Shown: positions 16,880-27,083, counted from the first letter of the stretch. The stretch: 32,000 nucleotides of DNA from an uncultured archaeon (GCA_964354495.1 CAYHAA010000001.1:60001-92000); one strand, 5' to 3'. Notes: a model not told the origin generated them from the letters alone. Numbers and translations: made by a program.

Positions 16880-18790
16880 TCACATACGTTCTACTATCGG
16901 AATGCCCAAGAGATTAAGACAGTTGGTCATGGTGGTCATGAATGCCTTGACAAGGGCAAGCCTGGCCTCTTTGATTTCTGGTTCTGCTTTGAGCACCGGA
17001 CATGAATCATAGAACTTGCTGAACAGGGTGGCAAGCCCATACCCATAGCTAGTGAGTCTGTTGGAGGCGAAACTTGTTCCCCAGACATCCTTCTTCAACG
17101 ACCTTGCAACGTCGAGTACCTCTTCTGGGAACTTCGAGATTGCCTTCACCAATTCAAACTCAGCATCAGAGGTGAGAGCGCGAAAGTCACGTTCTTCCAT
17201 CCGCCCCGTCTCTGCCTTCTCCATGATTCTGTATGCTCTCGCCAGCGAGTACTGAAGATAGGGTGCTGCATCTCCTTGGAAATCTAGCACCTCGTCCCAA
17301 CGAAAGGTGATCTTCCTGTCTGGTGAAGCATTGAGCATGAAGTAACGTATTGCACCCACAGCAACCTGATTAGCAGTCTTCTCTCTCAGTTCTGTGTCTT
17401 CATCTGGATTGCGCTTGTTGACTTCCATCTGCGCCAACTCTGTCATCTTGTTCAAGACATCGTCTGTTGAGTAGCCAATCCATGTGCCCTGCCTTCCCGA
17501 GAAGTCCTCTCCCTCTAGTCCCACAAACTCGTATGCTATATGGTGTGAATTTTCGCTCTCCTTCTTGTATCCCATGAGGTCTAGAATAGTGTACACCATC
17601 TTCTGAGGATGCGCTTGTCTCGATGCGATTACATTAAGCACGATGTCGAATTTGCCAAGCTTTACTCTCCTCCCTTTTAGCGAGGTTCTAAGAAGGTCAA
17701 CATTGTTAGGCTGTTTTTCGAATAGCGAGTAGCGGAAAGGATCTTCGATAATTCCGAACTTCCAAAGCTGCAGTGCGACGTCTGCTCCAGTATAGGTTCT
17801 CGTACCGTCAGAGCGGAATAGGATCTTGTAAGGCTCATTCATGTCCCTGAACTCATCAACCACAGAGAGGTCTGCAACAATGCATCCAGCTTTGTCTCCA
17901 TCCTCGAGTTTCATGATATTCTTGCTTTGCACTATCATTTCTCGGGCTTGATCCAGCAGCCCACTGTGGGCTATTGCGCTCTCCCATACTAGGTAGTCAT
18001 GGAAGATGCCTAGTCTATAAGACGTCTCATACTGTGCCTTCACGCATCTCTCTACCATTACTCCACTGAGTCTGGCATCATCAGTCTTGAGATTCTCAAG
18101 ATCTCTTGATATCTCTCTGACTTCCTTCTCTACATCCTCAGAGGATTCAAAGGCTTTCTGGACCTCTACATAGAGATGTCCTAGATAGTGATCATACTTG
18201 TCTTTGACGTCTTGATTGCCTACCTTCTTCAATTTCCAGAGAAGTTGAGCGATTTGCAGCCCCAGGTCATTGATATAATCAAGGCGCACAACATCATAGC
18301 CGACACACTCGAGGATATTAGAGAGCGTATCGCCCAAGACCGCATTTCTGGTGTGCCCTATATGCCAGGGTTTTGATGGATTTACAGCAGGAAATTCAAT
18401 CAGAGCTCTCTTGCCATCAAACTCGGCACTCTTTCCATAGTCGTCGCCACTTTCAGAAACTGACGCAATTGTCGTTTTGGAGAAGGCTCCTCTATTGAGA
18501 AGGATATTGATGTAGGGCCCCTTTGCTTCCACTGATTTGACAAGAGTTTCATCACTGACAAGCTCTCTCAATCTGGGAAGCAGATCCGCAGCAATCGCTG
18601 CAGGATTCTTCTTTCGCTCCTTCGCGAGAGCAAATGCAATTGTGGATGCCACGTCTCCAAGAGTGGGGTCAGGAGGAATCTCGATAGAGCTGTTGACGAC
18701 CTCGGGATCTGCAGCTGATGCCTTAGAGAGAATGCTCACTACTACCTGTTTCGCATGATCCCATGGATTCATTTCCTTTCTCCTGCTCAT
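16880..18790 (-). CDS. argS: Arginyl-tRNA synthetase
   Basis: EFPAVNPSKPWHIGHTRN (HIGH), FSGRQG, GDAAPYLQYSLARA, and a DALR anticodon domain ending LGIPIVERM. Confidence 0.96.
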   Translation of the reverse strand: MSRRKEMNPWDHAKQVVVSILSKASAADPEVVNSSIEIPPDPTLGDVASTIAFALAKERKKNPAAIAADLLPRLRELVSDETLVKSVEAKGPYINILLNRGAFSKTTIASVSESGDDYGKSAEFDGKRALIEFPAVNPSKPWHIGHTRNAVLGDTLSNILECVGYDVVRLDYINDLGLQIAQLLWKLKKVGNQDVKDKYDHYLGHLYVEVQKAFESSEDVEKEVREISRDLENLKTDDARLSGVMVERCVKAQYETSYRLGIFHDYLVWESAIAHSGLLDQAREMIVQSKNIMKLEDGDKAGCIVADLSVVDEFRDMNEPYKILFRSDGTRTYTGADVALQLWKFGIIEDPFRYSLFEKQPNNVDLLRTSLKGRRVKLGKFDIVLNVIASRQAHPQKMVYTILDLMGYKKESENSHHIAYEFVGLEGEDFSGRQGTWIGYSTDDVLNKMTELAQMEVNKRNPDEDTELREKTANQVAVGAIRYFMLNASPDRKITFRWDEVLDFQGDAAPYLQYSLARAYRIMEKAETGRMEERDFRALTSDAEFELVKAISKFPEEVLDVARSLKKDVWGTSFASNRLTSYGYGLATLFSKFYDSCPVLKAEPEIKEARLALVKAFMTTMTNCLNLLGIPIVERM

Positions 18791-19177
18791 GGTAGTTCTC
18801 TTCTCTGATGTTCCACTCTCATCTGTTTGTCTTCATAAAGCAAGCGCATGAGCAGAACTGGAACTACTGCTTTTCGGTTTGGCTCGTGAGTTACAAGTCT
18901 GATGCTCGAAACCAACCAACATCATTGTTCTGATGAATGCTTTCAATATTCCAAGTGACATGGAAACGCATGATTCTTGATATATATAACAATTCGTTTG
19001 ATAAAAGTGCAAAGGGTTTATAATCATTTGTTATCTGCGCAATGCTACTCGTCCTCTCCAAGGACAGTAGTCCATAGCCGTGCCCTAAGTAGTTCCTCAT
19101 GCGCCTGAGGGATTACATGCATACGAAACATTGATAGCTCGAACCGCAGGGTCATCATTTGGTGAGCCTGTAGGGAG

Positions 19178-20140
19178 ATGATTGGACTGGCCAGTAAACA
19201 AACTAGGACAAAACAAACCAAGGAGAATATTGGTGCGGCCAGCTACTGTTGTTCAGCTTGTTCTTGTATTGAAGTCTACATAGACCACACTCGTGGCGAG
19301 GTCATCTGCAGCAATTGCGGACTCGTTCTATCTGACCACTCAATCGATGTGGGCCCAGAGTGGCGTGCCTTTACAGCTGACGAGCAGAACTCTCGACAGC
19401 GTGTAGGAGGTCCGACAGACTGGAGCAAATTCGATCAAGGCCTTACCACCATAATTGGTCATCAGAATGTCGACGCATCAGGAAGAAAGTTGTCTTCTAC
19501 TCGTAGAGCGCAGATACATCGCCTCCGCAAGTGGCAGATACGCACCAAGGTACACTCCTCAGACAAACGCAATCTAGCAGTCGCTATGACCGAACTCCAT
19601 AGGATAAGCTCCCAATTGAGTATCCCGTACTCGATTCGGGAGACTGCTGCTGTAATCTACAGAAAGGCTCTTCGCAAGAGACTGACTCGGGGTCGTACTA
19701 TTCTCGGGATGATAGCAGCCTCTCTATATCTAGCATGTCGAGTACATCAAGTTCCTCGTCCGCTGGAGGAGGTCTGTGATCAGATACATATCACTCGCAA
19801 GGAACTGAGTCTCTGCGTTCGTCTGATCATTCGCCATCTAAACCTGAAAATACCATTCAGTAATCCAATCGAGTTTGTGCATCGATTCGGGACCGAACTG
19901 GATCTTCCAGGGGAAGCTAAGAAGAAGGCGATTGACATCTTGAACCTTGCAAGGGAGCAACGACTCACCATCGGGAAGGATCCCAAGGGAATGGCTGCTG
20001 CAGCAATATACGTTGCGAGCATACTCACAGGTGCACGCAGAACACAACTGGAGATTGCACGGACTGCTAGGGTCACCGAGGTGACAGTCCGGAACCGCTA
20101 CAAGGAAATGGTAGAGAAGCTAGGCATATCAACAACATGA
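19178..20140 (+). CDS. tfb: Transcription initiation factor IIB (TFB)
   Basis: Zn ribbon (CSAC...GEVICSNCG), GPEWRAF, two cyclin repeats, and C-terminal RTQLEIA...VTEVTVRNRYKE. Confidence 0.96.
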   Translation: MIGLASKQTRTKQTKENIGAASYCCSACSCIEVYIDHTRGEVICSNCGLVLSDHSIDVGPEWRAFTADEQNSRQRVGGPTDWSKFDQGLTTIIGHQNVDASGRKLSSTRRAQIHRLRKWQIRTKVHSSDKRNLAVAMTELHRISSQLSIPYSIRETAAVIYRKALRKRLTRGRTILGMIAASLYLACRVHQVPRPLEEVCDQIHITRKELSLCVRLIIRHLNLKIPFSNPIEFVHRFGTELDLPGEAKKKAIDILNLAREQRLTIGKDPKGMAAAAIYVASILTGARRTQLEIARTARVTEVTVRNRYKEMVEKLGISTT

Positions 20141-20258
20141 ATGAAGGGGCAGGACGCAAGTCTTGCCTTCTCTTCTAGGTACTTCTTCTGCTGTATGCCT
20201 CTCGTCACATATAACCTTATCATATTCCATTTCAACAATACTTCCAAGAGATGATGCT

Positions 20259-21095
20259 ATGTCCAGCAAGAAGTCCATTCTAGGAGTCTGGGTGATTGAG
20301 CGAGGCAGTGGCAGGAATATTGTTGCCAGGGCCTATTCCGATGCCGTCAAACTAGATATGGATTTGATAGCTCCCTTTCTCTCTGCAACCCACACCTTCA
20401 TCGATAAGGCATCCAACGAGACCCTCAAGACAATTGACACGGAGACCAACCGGTATGTCTGGGAGGCGAACGACCATCTTTTGTTTGTCATGGTCGTGAG
20501 TAAAGCTGCTCGACTTGGACACATGCGCTTCATGCTGGAGTATGCCCTGAAGGAGTTCATGACAAACGTTGTGCCACCCGGTAGTGATGTCGCTACCTTG
20601 CTAAAGAACTGGCCTGGGACTCGCAATACCTTCAAGGACTTCGGCGATTTCATCGATGAGCTTGTCACTCAATATGAAGAAACGGACGAAAGCCTGGTTG
20701 CCGGCAAATCAATGGACTGCCTTGAGGTCTACAGTCATCTCTTCAGAGGCATCATGCAAGTAAAGACTACGAAAGCCAAGAAAAGCCAGATAGTTGCCAA
20801 GATGACCGAACACACTGAACACCTTCTCAGTCGATTTCCCTTCCTCAGCTCTACGCCTATTGATACTGCAGGTATCGAGGTCCTTCAGATTGATGTCTAT
20901 GATGTGTCCTATCAGCATCTGAGGGATGCCTTGGAAGAGCTCCTGCGATTGCTAGGAAAAGTGACGCAGGAAGCAGTCACACCCAAGGAGTATCGAAACA
21001 TGGTCTTTGATCATGTCATGCCATATGTCAAGGGGGACATCCAGAGACTGGAAACCTACGCTATCCTTGATGATGTCGTTCGCTACCTATTCTGA
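20259..21095 (+). CDS. Longin-domain protein with a C-terminal helical domain
   Basis: ILGVWVIERGSGRNIVARAY...DLIAPFLSATHTF...LKTIDTE..RYVW....LLFVMVV....L......F...W.G....F..F...IDEL fits the beta-beta-alpha-beta-beta-beta-alpha-alpha longin layout. ATG 20259 is preferred. Confidence 0.7.
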   Translation: MSSKKSILGVWVIERGSGRNIVARAYSDAVKLDMDLIAPFLSATHTFIDKASNETLKTIDTETNRYVWEANDHLLFVMVVSKAARLGHMRFMLEYALKEFMTNVVPPGSDVATLLKNWPGTRNTFKDFGDFIDELVTQYEETDESLVAGKSMDCLEVYSHLFRGIMQVKTTKAKKSQIVAKMTEHTEHLLSRFPFLSSTPIDTAGIEVLQIDVYDVSYQHLRDALEELLRLLGKVTQEAVTPKEYRNMVFDHVMPYVKGDIQRLETYAILDDVVRYLF

Positions 21096-22436
21096 TTACT
21101 TCGTCAGTGCAATGAGTGCACGTTGAACAAACTGCCCCCTCTTGCGCTCTGGAAGAAGGTCTCTATCGGGATTGATTCGCAGTCTCTTGTCTCCCTCGCT
21201 TCTACTCTGAATCATCCCTGCAGGGAGTAGCTTATAGGCTTCAAATCCTGTCCCTTTGAGCATCTCTCTGACATCTATCGAAGTTGTACCCTCCTCTGTG
21301 ACAATGACAGGAATGGTCATGGCAACCCGGCCTTCTGGATGCAATATCTCTCCTGCCTGGTTGAGCACTGTACGATACAACTCCGTCAGTTCTCTCACGC
21401 TGGCCTCTGCATCACGTTTCTTAGGCTGCTTGGAGTAGATTGGCCCCAGGCTTGGCTCGAAGGCGATCGCATCAACTTGTTTCCTTACGAGCTTTGAGAG
21501 TTCTCTAGCGTCTCCTCGAATCACTTCAAAATCCACTCGCTGCCCGGCGTCTTTTCCAAACCAGATTAGGTTCGATTTTGTGCCTTGGACTTGGTTACTC
21601 TCAATATCTATACCAATGACCTTCATTCCAAGCATGGCAGCTTCCATGAGAAGTGTGCCTGTTCCGCAGAACGGATCAAGTACAGTATCGCCTGGTCTTG
21701 CTCCTGCCAGATTCAGAAGAGTCCTGCAGATCTTTGGACTAGTGCTTATCTCAGATGATATGTACGGCCGCGACTCATCGCGATACTGCTGGAGAACAGA
21801 GTCGTAGACCACAAGCGTTCTAGCAAAGTACAAGTACTTTGCAGTGAACGCCGCAAGAATCTCGCTGTTTGGGGGAATGAGAAGATTGTTCTCAGCAATT
21901 GACTTTGGCCAGAGAGCAAGGTTCACCCGCTCGGTCACTCGCTTGTCTGGTTTGTCATACGCGAAATAATCGACCTTTCTTGCTCCTTTCTCGATCAGGG
22001 CATTCTTGATTTGTTCATCCATCGTTCGCGTGAATCTTCTATACTGTATGGCAGACCTGCCATCGAACTCAGGATATGTGCTTATACCAAACTTGATCTT
22101 CTTGGCCCTCGGATTCTGCCATACCCTGGTGAGCCATGGCATCTTTATGAGTTCATCACGGTCTTCCTTTGTGAGTTTGCCATCAACGGGAAACGCTTTC
22201 CTAACGACATCAATGTCGTATCTATAGAGTACTCGACCAATCTTGTAGCACCCTCCGAGTGATCCTTGGATATCGACAATCTGGTTGGTGTCTAGTTTCT
22301 CCTTTATGTCTAGGATAGCAATGTTTCTTGAGTGGTCTACGAGTGTAGCTCCGAGTCCTCTATCCTGTACGTGCACCAGGAGTTCTGCTATGCTGAGCAA
22401 CCAGTTCGAGCCCAGTACGAAAGCATATTCATTCAT
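21096..22436 (-). CDS. Trm11/TrmG10-like SAM-dependent tRNA methyltransferase
   Basis: STSPKICRTLLNL, TVLDPFCGTGTLLMEA, GIDI, GDAREL and DAIAFEPSLGP. ATG 22436 overlaps the endonuclease IV stop codon (ATGA). Confidence 0.8.
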   Translation of the reverse strand: MNEYAFVLGSNWLLSIAELLVHVQDRGLGATLVDHSRNIAILDIKEKLDTNQIVDIQGSLGGCYKIGRVLYRYDIDVVRKAFPVDGKLTKEDRDELIKMPWLTRVWQNPRAKKIKFGISTYPEFDGRSAIQYRRFTRTMDEQIKNALIEKGARKVDYFAYDKPDKRVTERVNLALWPKSIAENNLLIPPNSEILAAFTAKYLYFARTLVVYDSVLQQYRDESRPYISSEISTSPKICRTLLNLAGARPGDTVLDPFCGTGTLLMEAAMLGMKVIGIDIESNQVQGTKSNLIWFGKDAGQRVDFEVIRGDARELSKLVRKQVDAIAFEPSLGPIYSKQPKKRDAEASVRELTELYRTVLNQAGEILHPEGRVAMTIPVIVTEEGTTSIDVREMLKGTGFEAYKLLPAGMIQSRSEGDKRLRINPDRDLLPERKRGQFVQRALIALTK

Positions 22437-23287
22437 CTCTTTCCCATCTCTATCTGTTCGAATAAGAACTTGGCAAACAAAGCTCCTTGAAGAGGATTTG
22501 GTGATTCGCATATGAAAGTAGGCTTGTAACCAAGCTCATAGACAATCTCCATCAGTGGGTGGAGGTCAGGACCCCACTCTTCCCCACACTGCTGATGGGA
22601 TACCTCGCCCTTTTCAGTGAAGGTGATTCCACTAATGTGAAAGTGCATATTGTCCACAAACAGACTGCCAAGTTCTCTCTCAAATTGCGTTAGAATCTCC
22701 AGATAACTCTCTCTATCGTTTATCTTGCCCTGACTTCGTGCGTATAGGTGCGCCCAGTCAATCGTAGGAATGCACCCTTCCACATCATGACAGAGTGCTA
22801 TAATCTGGTCGACTGAACCGTACATCACTATCTTGCCGGCTATCTCGGGCGCCAGAAATGTTCCTCTACCCCATTGTCCAGCTTCTTCCCAGACACTTCT
22901 CAAGGCATCTCTCACGACAATATGCGCCTCTGTGTGGCTCATGCCTCCCTGAGTGCCAGGATGGAAGACAATTCGTCCAACGTTCATGAGCGGTGAGAAC
23001 CTGAGAGCATTGACTAGCCGTCGTCTAGACCTCTCGCGTATTTTGGGGTCTTTGGATGCGAGATTGATATAGTATGCTTCGTGCATACTCATCATGATTC
23101 CACTCTTTTTGGCAAGGTCACCGATCTGTTTTGCCTTGCGTTCTGATGCCTGCAATCCGTGGACTGCTGCATATTCCAAGGCGGTTGCTCCTGCATCTAT
23201 AAGTATCTCGAAGACTCTCTTCAGGCTGCCCCGAGCGGTGTCGGGATAGCCAGCAGGTCCAAAGAGGGCTTTTTGCAGGACAATCAC
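22433..23287 (-). CDS. nfo: Endonuclease IV (AP endonuclease, TIM barrel)
   Basis: FGPAG, MHEAYYINLAS, VFHPG, PEIAGK, IDWAHLYAR, MHFHISGI, GEVSH and ICESP. GTG 23287 has a GGAGA SD and overlaps the upstream stop. Confidence 0.88.
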   Translation of the reverse strand: MIVLQKALFGPAGYPDTARGSLKRVFEILIDAGATALEYAAVHGLQASERKAKQIGDLAKKSGIMMSMHEAYYINLASKDPKIRERSRRRLVNALRFSPLMNVGRIVFHPGTQGGMSHTEAHIVVRDALRSVWEEAGQWGRGTFLAPEIAGKIVMYGSVDQIIALCHDVEGCIPTIDWAHLYARSQGKINDRESYLEILTQFERELGSLFVDNMHFHISGITFTEKGEVSHQQCGEEWGPDLHPLMEIVYELGYKPTFICESPNPLQGALFAKFLFEQIEMGKR

Positions 23288-23793
23288 ATCTCCAGTGAGA
23301 ACTCCCATTTGCAGTATGCATCATCCGGATGGTCGTCTGGGGGACAAAAGATGCATCTGGTCCTAATACGGGGATCAATTGTTCTCGCGAAGTAGCTATA
23401 CTCGACCTCGCCTACCTGCCTGCATGGGAAATCCAGTAGTCCCTTCCTGTTTCTTGCAGTCTGCACACGGCATGCGTTCATTGTGAAGTGAAGTGTGTTC
23501 TCATCAATCCGTTCAGTGGATTGGTCATTCAGTACTGCATAGACACGGTACCCAAGAGCCTTTTCAAGTGATTTCAGGCCTCCATCCGGATCTATTTGAA
23601 ACTCCTTCATGATTCGAGTCGCCTCAATGGGTGAAAACACCTTCCATGCCTCCTTGTCCATCTCCATGGCAACATCTATTCCGTACTTCTTCTCAAGAGC
23701 AAGGAAATAGGCACCGTCCATTGCCTGCCAAGCCTTTGCATATGTGTCAATCAACTTGAGCAGTTGGTCCTTCGGCAAATTTCGAATCATCAT
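23284..23793 (-). CDS. DUF6125-like Cys-rich protein (V4R/ATC-hydrolase-like fold predicted)
   Basis: AWQAMDGAYFLALEKKYG, CRVQTARNRKGL.DFPC and FARTIDPRIRTRCIFCPPD.HP...YCKWEF. SD AGGAGAGG precedes ATG 23793. Confidence 0.75.
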   Translation of the reverse strand: MMIRNLPKDQLLKLIDTYAKAWQAMDGAYFLALEKKYGIDVAMEMDKEAWKVFSPIEATRIMKEFQIDPDGGLKSLEKALGYRVYAVLNDQSTERIDENTLHFTMNACRVQTARNRKGLLDFPCRQVGEVEYSYFARTIDPRIRTRCIFCPPDDHPDDAYCKWEFSLEM

Positions 23794-23901
23794 GAGTCCT
23801 CTCCTTTCTTGACTCAAGGCCAGAATATCAGTGATTTGGTCTTCACACAACTGCCCACAAGTCTTTAATCTGCACTATCGTCAGTCAGTCATACATGCTG
23901 G

Positions 23902-24852
23902 ATGGAGAATGCGATGACAGAAACTGAACAACCCCGCGGAATTGACCTTGGCGCCTTTGTGTCAATTATTCGACCGCAGAACTGCATCATTGGCGGACTC
24001 ACTGTCATTGCCGGGATTGCTGTAGCATATAGTACACAATGGGGAAACATGGGCCCTGGGCTTTCCTCTCTGATATACCTATTCATCTATGGATACATTA
24101 CGTATTTTGTCGTGGCAGCTGGAGGTAATGTAGTAAACGACATCTACGATATAGAGGTCGACAAGATCAACAGGCCTCACAGAGCACTACCCAGTGGCCG
24201 ACTTACTGTTCGACAGGCGTGGAGATTTGTAGCTCTGCTCAGTATTCTTGGCGTTGTCTTTGCATGGCTGCCCGGTCGACCTGTCAGTGCGCTCATCGTA
24301 TTCTGTTTCGAAATCATTGGATATGTCTATGCCGCCAAAGTGAAGGCTCTGGGAATAGCAGGCAACTTTATGGTAGCATTCTCGTTCGCCTTTGGTGTCA
24401 TCTACGGAGCCGTTGCATATGCCGAGGTACTTGGGACGCTCACCATCAATCCAATTCCAATTCCAGCATGGCTGTTCTTCTTCACCGCATTCCTGGTTCT
24501 GCAGGCTCGGGAGACCATCAAGGGAGCAGAGGATGTCGAAGGCGATGAACTTCGTAATGTGCGGACAATAGCTAGAATCTATGGCTACTGGCCTGCTGCC
24601 GTTGTAGCAGGTGCGCTCAATTTCCTTGGGGTGCTCAGTTATACACTCATCTGGATGTGGGGATATGCAGACATGGCCCTCTGGCCGCTGTTGCTTTTGG
24701 GTGATGGTCTCATTCTGGCCGCAGGAATCCTGCCGTTGACCGGTCCTGAGAATAGAAAGCGGTTGATGATTGCCAGCACCCTCGACAAAGTTGGGGCACT
24801 CGTTGGTCTGATTGCCTTTGTAATCATACCACTCTTTGTGATCTATCTCTGA
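23902..24852 (+). CDS. Digeranylgeranylglyceryl phosphate synthase (UbiA family; archaeal ether lipid synthesis)
   Basis: IIRPQNCI, GGNVVNDIYDIEVDKINRPHRALPSG and ARETIKGAEDVEGD, with multiple TM helices. Confidence 0.9.
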   Translation: MENAMTETEQPRGIDLGAFVSIIRPQNCIIGGLTVIAGIAVAYSTQWGNMGPGLSSLIYLFIYGYITYFVVAAGGNVVNDIYDIEVDKINRPHRALPSGRLTVRQAWRFVALLSILGVVFAWLPGRPVSALIVFCFEIIGYVYAAKVKALGIAGNFMVAFSFAFGVIYGAVAYAEVLGTLTINPIPIPAWLFFFTAFLVLQARETIKGAEDVEGDELRNVRTIARIYGYWPAAVVAGALNFLGVLSYTLIWMWGYADMALWPLLLLGDGLILAAGILPLTGPENRKRLMIASTLDKVGALVGLIAFVIIPLFVIYL

Positions 24853-24856
24853 GCTC

Positions 24857-25696
24857 CTAGTGTACCTGCCAAAATGTCCATCCCAAGACGATCGTGCAGA
24901 TAATGGCAACAACGACTGCCCATTTGGTTGAAGTATTGTGGGCCTCTCGAATGCCAAAGATAAGCAGAAAGCCCGTCCAGACCATTGCTCCTGTCGTCAT
25001 CACGTCGATCATCAGCCAGACAGTCAAACCATATGCCCAAGTCACGAGACTCTGTGCAATTGCTGAAATAGAAGATGGGTTGCTGAGATCTACAAGAGTC
25101 GGATATGACGGAACCAGAATGAAGATGATGAGAACCCCCAAGAGGCGAACGAGAACGACTGGTAATATGCTGTATCCTACAATCGATAATGTCTTCATCC
25201 TTCCTCCCGCGCCACCAGTCAACTTGAATGTGAAATGAGCAAAGGCTGTCCCAATGATGAGATAGATAATGCCCAGCATTATCCCGGGCATCATTCCGAC
25301 TAAGGCTGCTAAACCAAATGATAACCCGCTTTGACTGAGCAGGACACTGACCTCTGCAGTTTCACCAGAAGTCACATTCAAGACGACCAGGGTATTGACC
25401 TTGGAAGATAATCCTAGGAATAGTCCCATCATGACAACTGCATTCATTATGATTATGATGAACGGTCCTGCTGCGTCTGGTCTCTGACCAATGTCACGGT
25501 ATGTTGCAGATGGCCTTCGCAGGACGCCCCAGAGCCGTTCTCGAATACTCATGAAACGAATTTCCTTCCGTTCTGGCCGTTTCAACAGAGGAAGGAGTCT
25601 TTCTACTGACTCTTCGGCAATATTCTCTCTGCAAACTGGGCATACCGTAGCATCAGCTGGAACTGGACTATCACAGAACTCACAGCGTCGTACCAT
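24857..25696 (-). CDS. Zinc-ribbon plus Yip1-domain membrane protein
   Basis: N-terminal CEFC..PVPADATVCPVC, then LWGVLRRPSATYRDI (Yip1 N-motif), five TM segments, TLSIVGYSILP and LLIFGIREAH. Confidence 0.8.
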   Translation of the reverse strand: MVRRCEFCDSPVPADATVCPVCRENIAEESVERLLPLLKRPERKEIRFMSIRERLWGVLRRPSATYRDIGQRPDAAGPFIIIIMNAVVMMGLFLGLSSKVNTLVVLNVTSGETAEVSVLLSQSGLSFGLAALVGMMPGIMLGIIYLIIGTAFAHFTFKLTGGAGGRMKTLSIVGYSILPVVLVRLLGVLIIFILVPSYPTLVDLSNPSSISAIAQSLVTWAYGLTVWLMIDVMTTGAMVWTGFLLIFGIREAHNTSTKWAVVVAIICTIVLGWTFWQVH

Positions 25697-25789
25697 GACC
25701 CAGACACCATCACCAAGAGGGTTATCTCTGACCCTGAATACTGCCTCTGTCTATTTAAGCGAATGCCGGTTGTTCTATACCTATTCTAT

Positions 25790-26440
25790 CTACCACATTT
25801 TGAAATACTTGAACAATCCCGTTGCGTGTACAATGATAAACGGAATCACGGCATCCCAGAAGCTCTGAAACGTATTCAGTATTATTACGAATGTGAGAAT
25901 GAAGCTCAATTCCCAAGAGGGAACAAATATGGACGCATAGACGAGATTGATAGGTATCATCAATGCCATGCGAACAAGAAACGCTATCGCCATGAGTGTT
26001 GCATAAAACCTTCGTTTGGACAGCGCCTCTCCTCCTATCTCCTTCCTGAATCGATGGACACCGTACCATGGAATCGCCATCATTGGTAATGTAGCCACCA
26101 GTTTGAATATCGGCCCAAACGGAGCAAACGGATCAAAGGGGAACAAGGCCACTGCACCTGCTACTAGGCTGATTGCACCAACTAACGGCCCTCCTATCAC
26201 AAACGATACCATCCAGAACAAAGAGACATGGTCGAAAAGTGCTATACCCCATCCCGCCATTCGAGCTATGAATCCTACCGACGGTGCCACAGCTACGGAC
26301 AATGACGCCAGCACAGCTCCGACAGCGATTCTCTTCGTACGTTCACTGGTTTCTACAGATTTTGTGAGTTCGAGTTCGGAATCTGCTGCTGACTTCTCCT
26401 CACCAGTATCTGAGAACTTATCGACTTTGGCATCTACCAT
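25790..26440 (-). CDS. ECF transporter S-component-like membrane protein
   Basis: TKRIAVGAVLASLS, DHVSLFWMVSFVIGGPLVG and about six TM helices. ATG 26440 is preferred, with a TATA-like tract at about 26463-26473. Confidence 0.7.
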   Translation of the reverse strand: MVDAKVDKFSDTGEEKSAADSELELTKSVETSERTKRIAVGAVLASLSVAVAPSVGFIARMAGWGIALFDHVSLFWMVSFVIGGPLVGAISLVAGAVALFPFDPFAPFGPIFKLVATLPMMAIPWYGVHRFRKEIGGEALSKRRFYATLMAIAFLVRMALMIPINLVYASIFVPSWELSFILTFVIILNTFQSFWDAVIPFIIVHATGLFKYFKMW

Positions 26441-26510
26441 GGGCCTCTGACTTGATACCCTCTTTATTAATATACCCATTCTCATTTAACTACTCAATGA
26501 TGAGTGACTA

Positions 26511-27047
26511 TTAGGTCGTGTCACTAAGCAGTCGCTCTGCCCTTCCTACAAAGTCTTCAGAGCTCGCTGATTGAAACTTGGGACGATTGAGCATCTGTAG
26601 CAGTTTTCGCGTGGGCTCAAGCCAGTCCGGGTTGATTCTCCACTCTGCCCAATCGATGCCAGATGTGAGTGATGTCCTACTGATGATGAGTCTCGATGAT
26701 ACGAGCTCGTTGAGACCAGTGAGAATTGTTCCAATAGTGACTGCTCCAACAATGGCTCTCTCCTGCCTGGCTGCTCTGAGCAAATCCGCTGTGGTGACCC
26801 ACGATCCGTCCTCAACTAGGACTTTGAGAACTCTCGACCTGACGGGGTCCGCCTCTATCGCCCCCTTCAAGGGCGCAAGATTGACTGGTTGAATGCGCCT
26901 TTCAGTAATCTCCCTTCGTGTCCACAGGTCATCTTCCCGGTCGTCCCGATATGAATTGAATTCCAATTGAGGTGCACCATCTGGGAGATGAATCAAGACC
27001 TTTTGAACCAAAGTATTATCACGGTCGTCTGTGCACGGTCTTTGCAC
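26511..27047 (-). CDS. Hypothetical protein with a probable C-terminal winged-helix fold
   Basis: DPVRSRVLKVL....WVTTADLL.......VTIGTIL..L......LI......EWRINP. Start codon is uncertain. Confidence 0.6.
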   Translation of the reverse strand: MQRPCTDDRDNTLVQKVLIHLPDGAPQLEFNSYRDDREDDLWTRREITERRIQPVNLAPLKGAIEADPVRSRVLKVLVEDGSWVTTADLLRAARQERAIVGAVTIGTILTGLNELVSSRLIISRTSLTSGIDWAEWRINPDWLEPTRKLLQMLNRPKFQSASSEDFVGRAERLLSDTT

Positions 27048-27083
27048 AACCCTTATCTTACGATATTCCCTATTCGAACCACA

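Noticed and set aside
18949-18965. TTCCA-N7-TGGAA in the AT-rich argS/tfb gap as an origin recognition box
   Set aside because: ORB cores have about a 1-nt spacer and a G-string and usually recur near cdc6/orc1. This is a single copy with the wrong spacing.
18833-19100. Small ORFs 18833-19027 and 18891-19100
   Set aside because: They overlap each other and the AT-rich promoter tract, and have no SD or motifs.
24187-24957. 256-aa ORF on the minus strand
   Set aside because: It lies antisense to DGGGP synthase, has no recognisable motifs, and is explained as a shadow frame.
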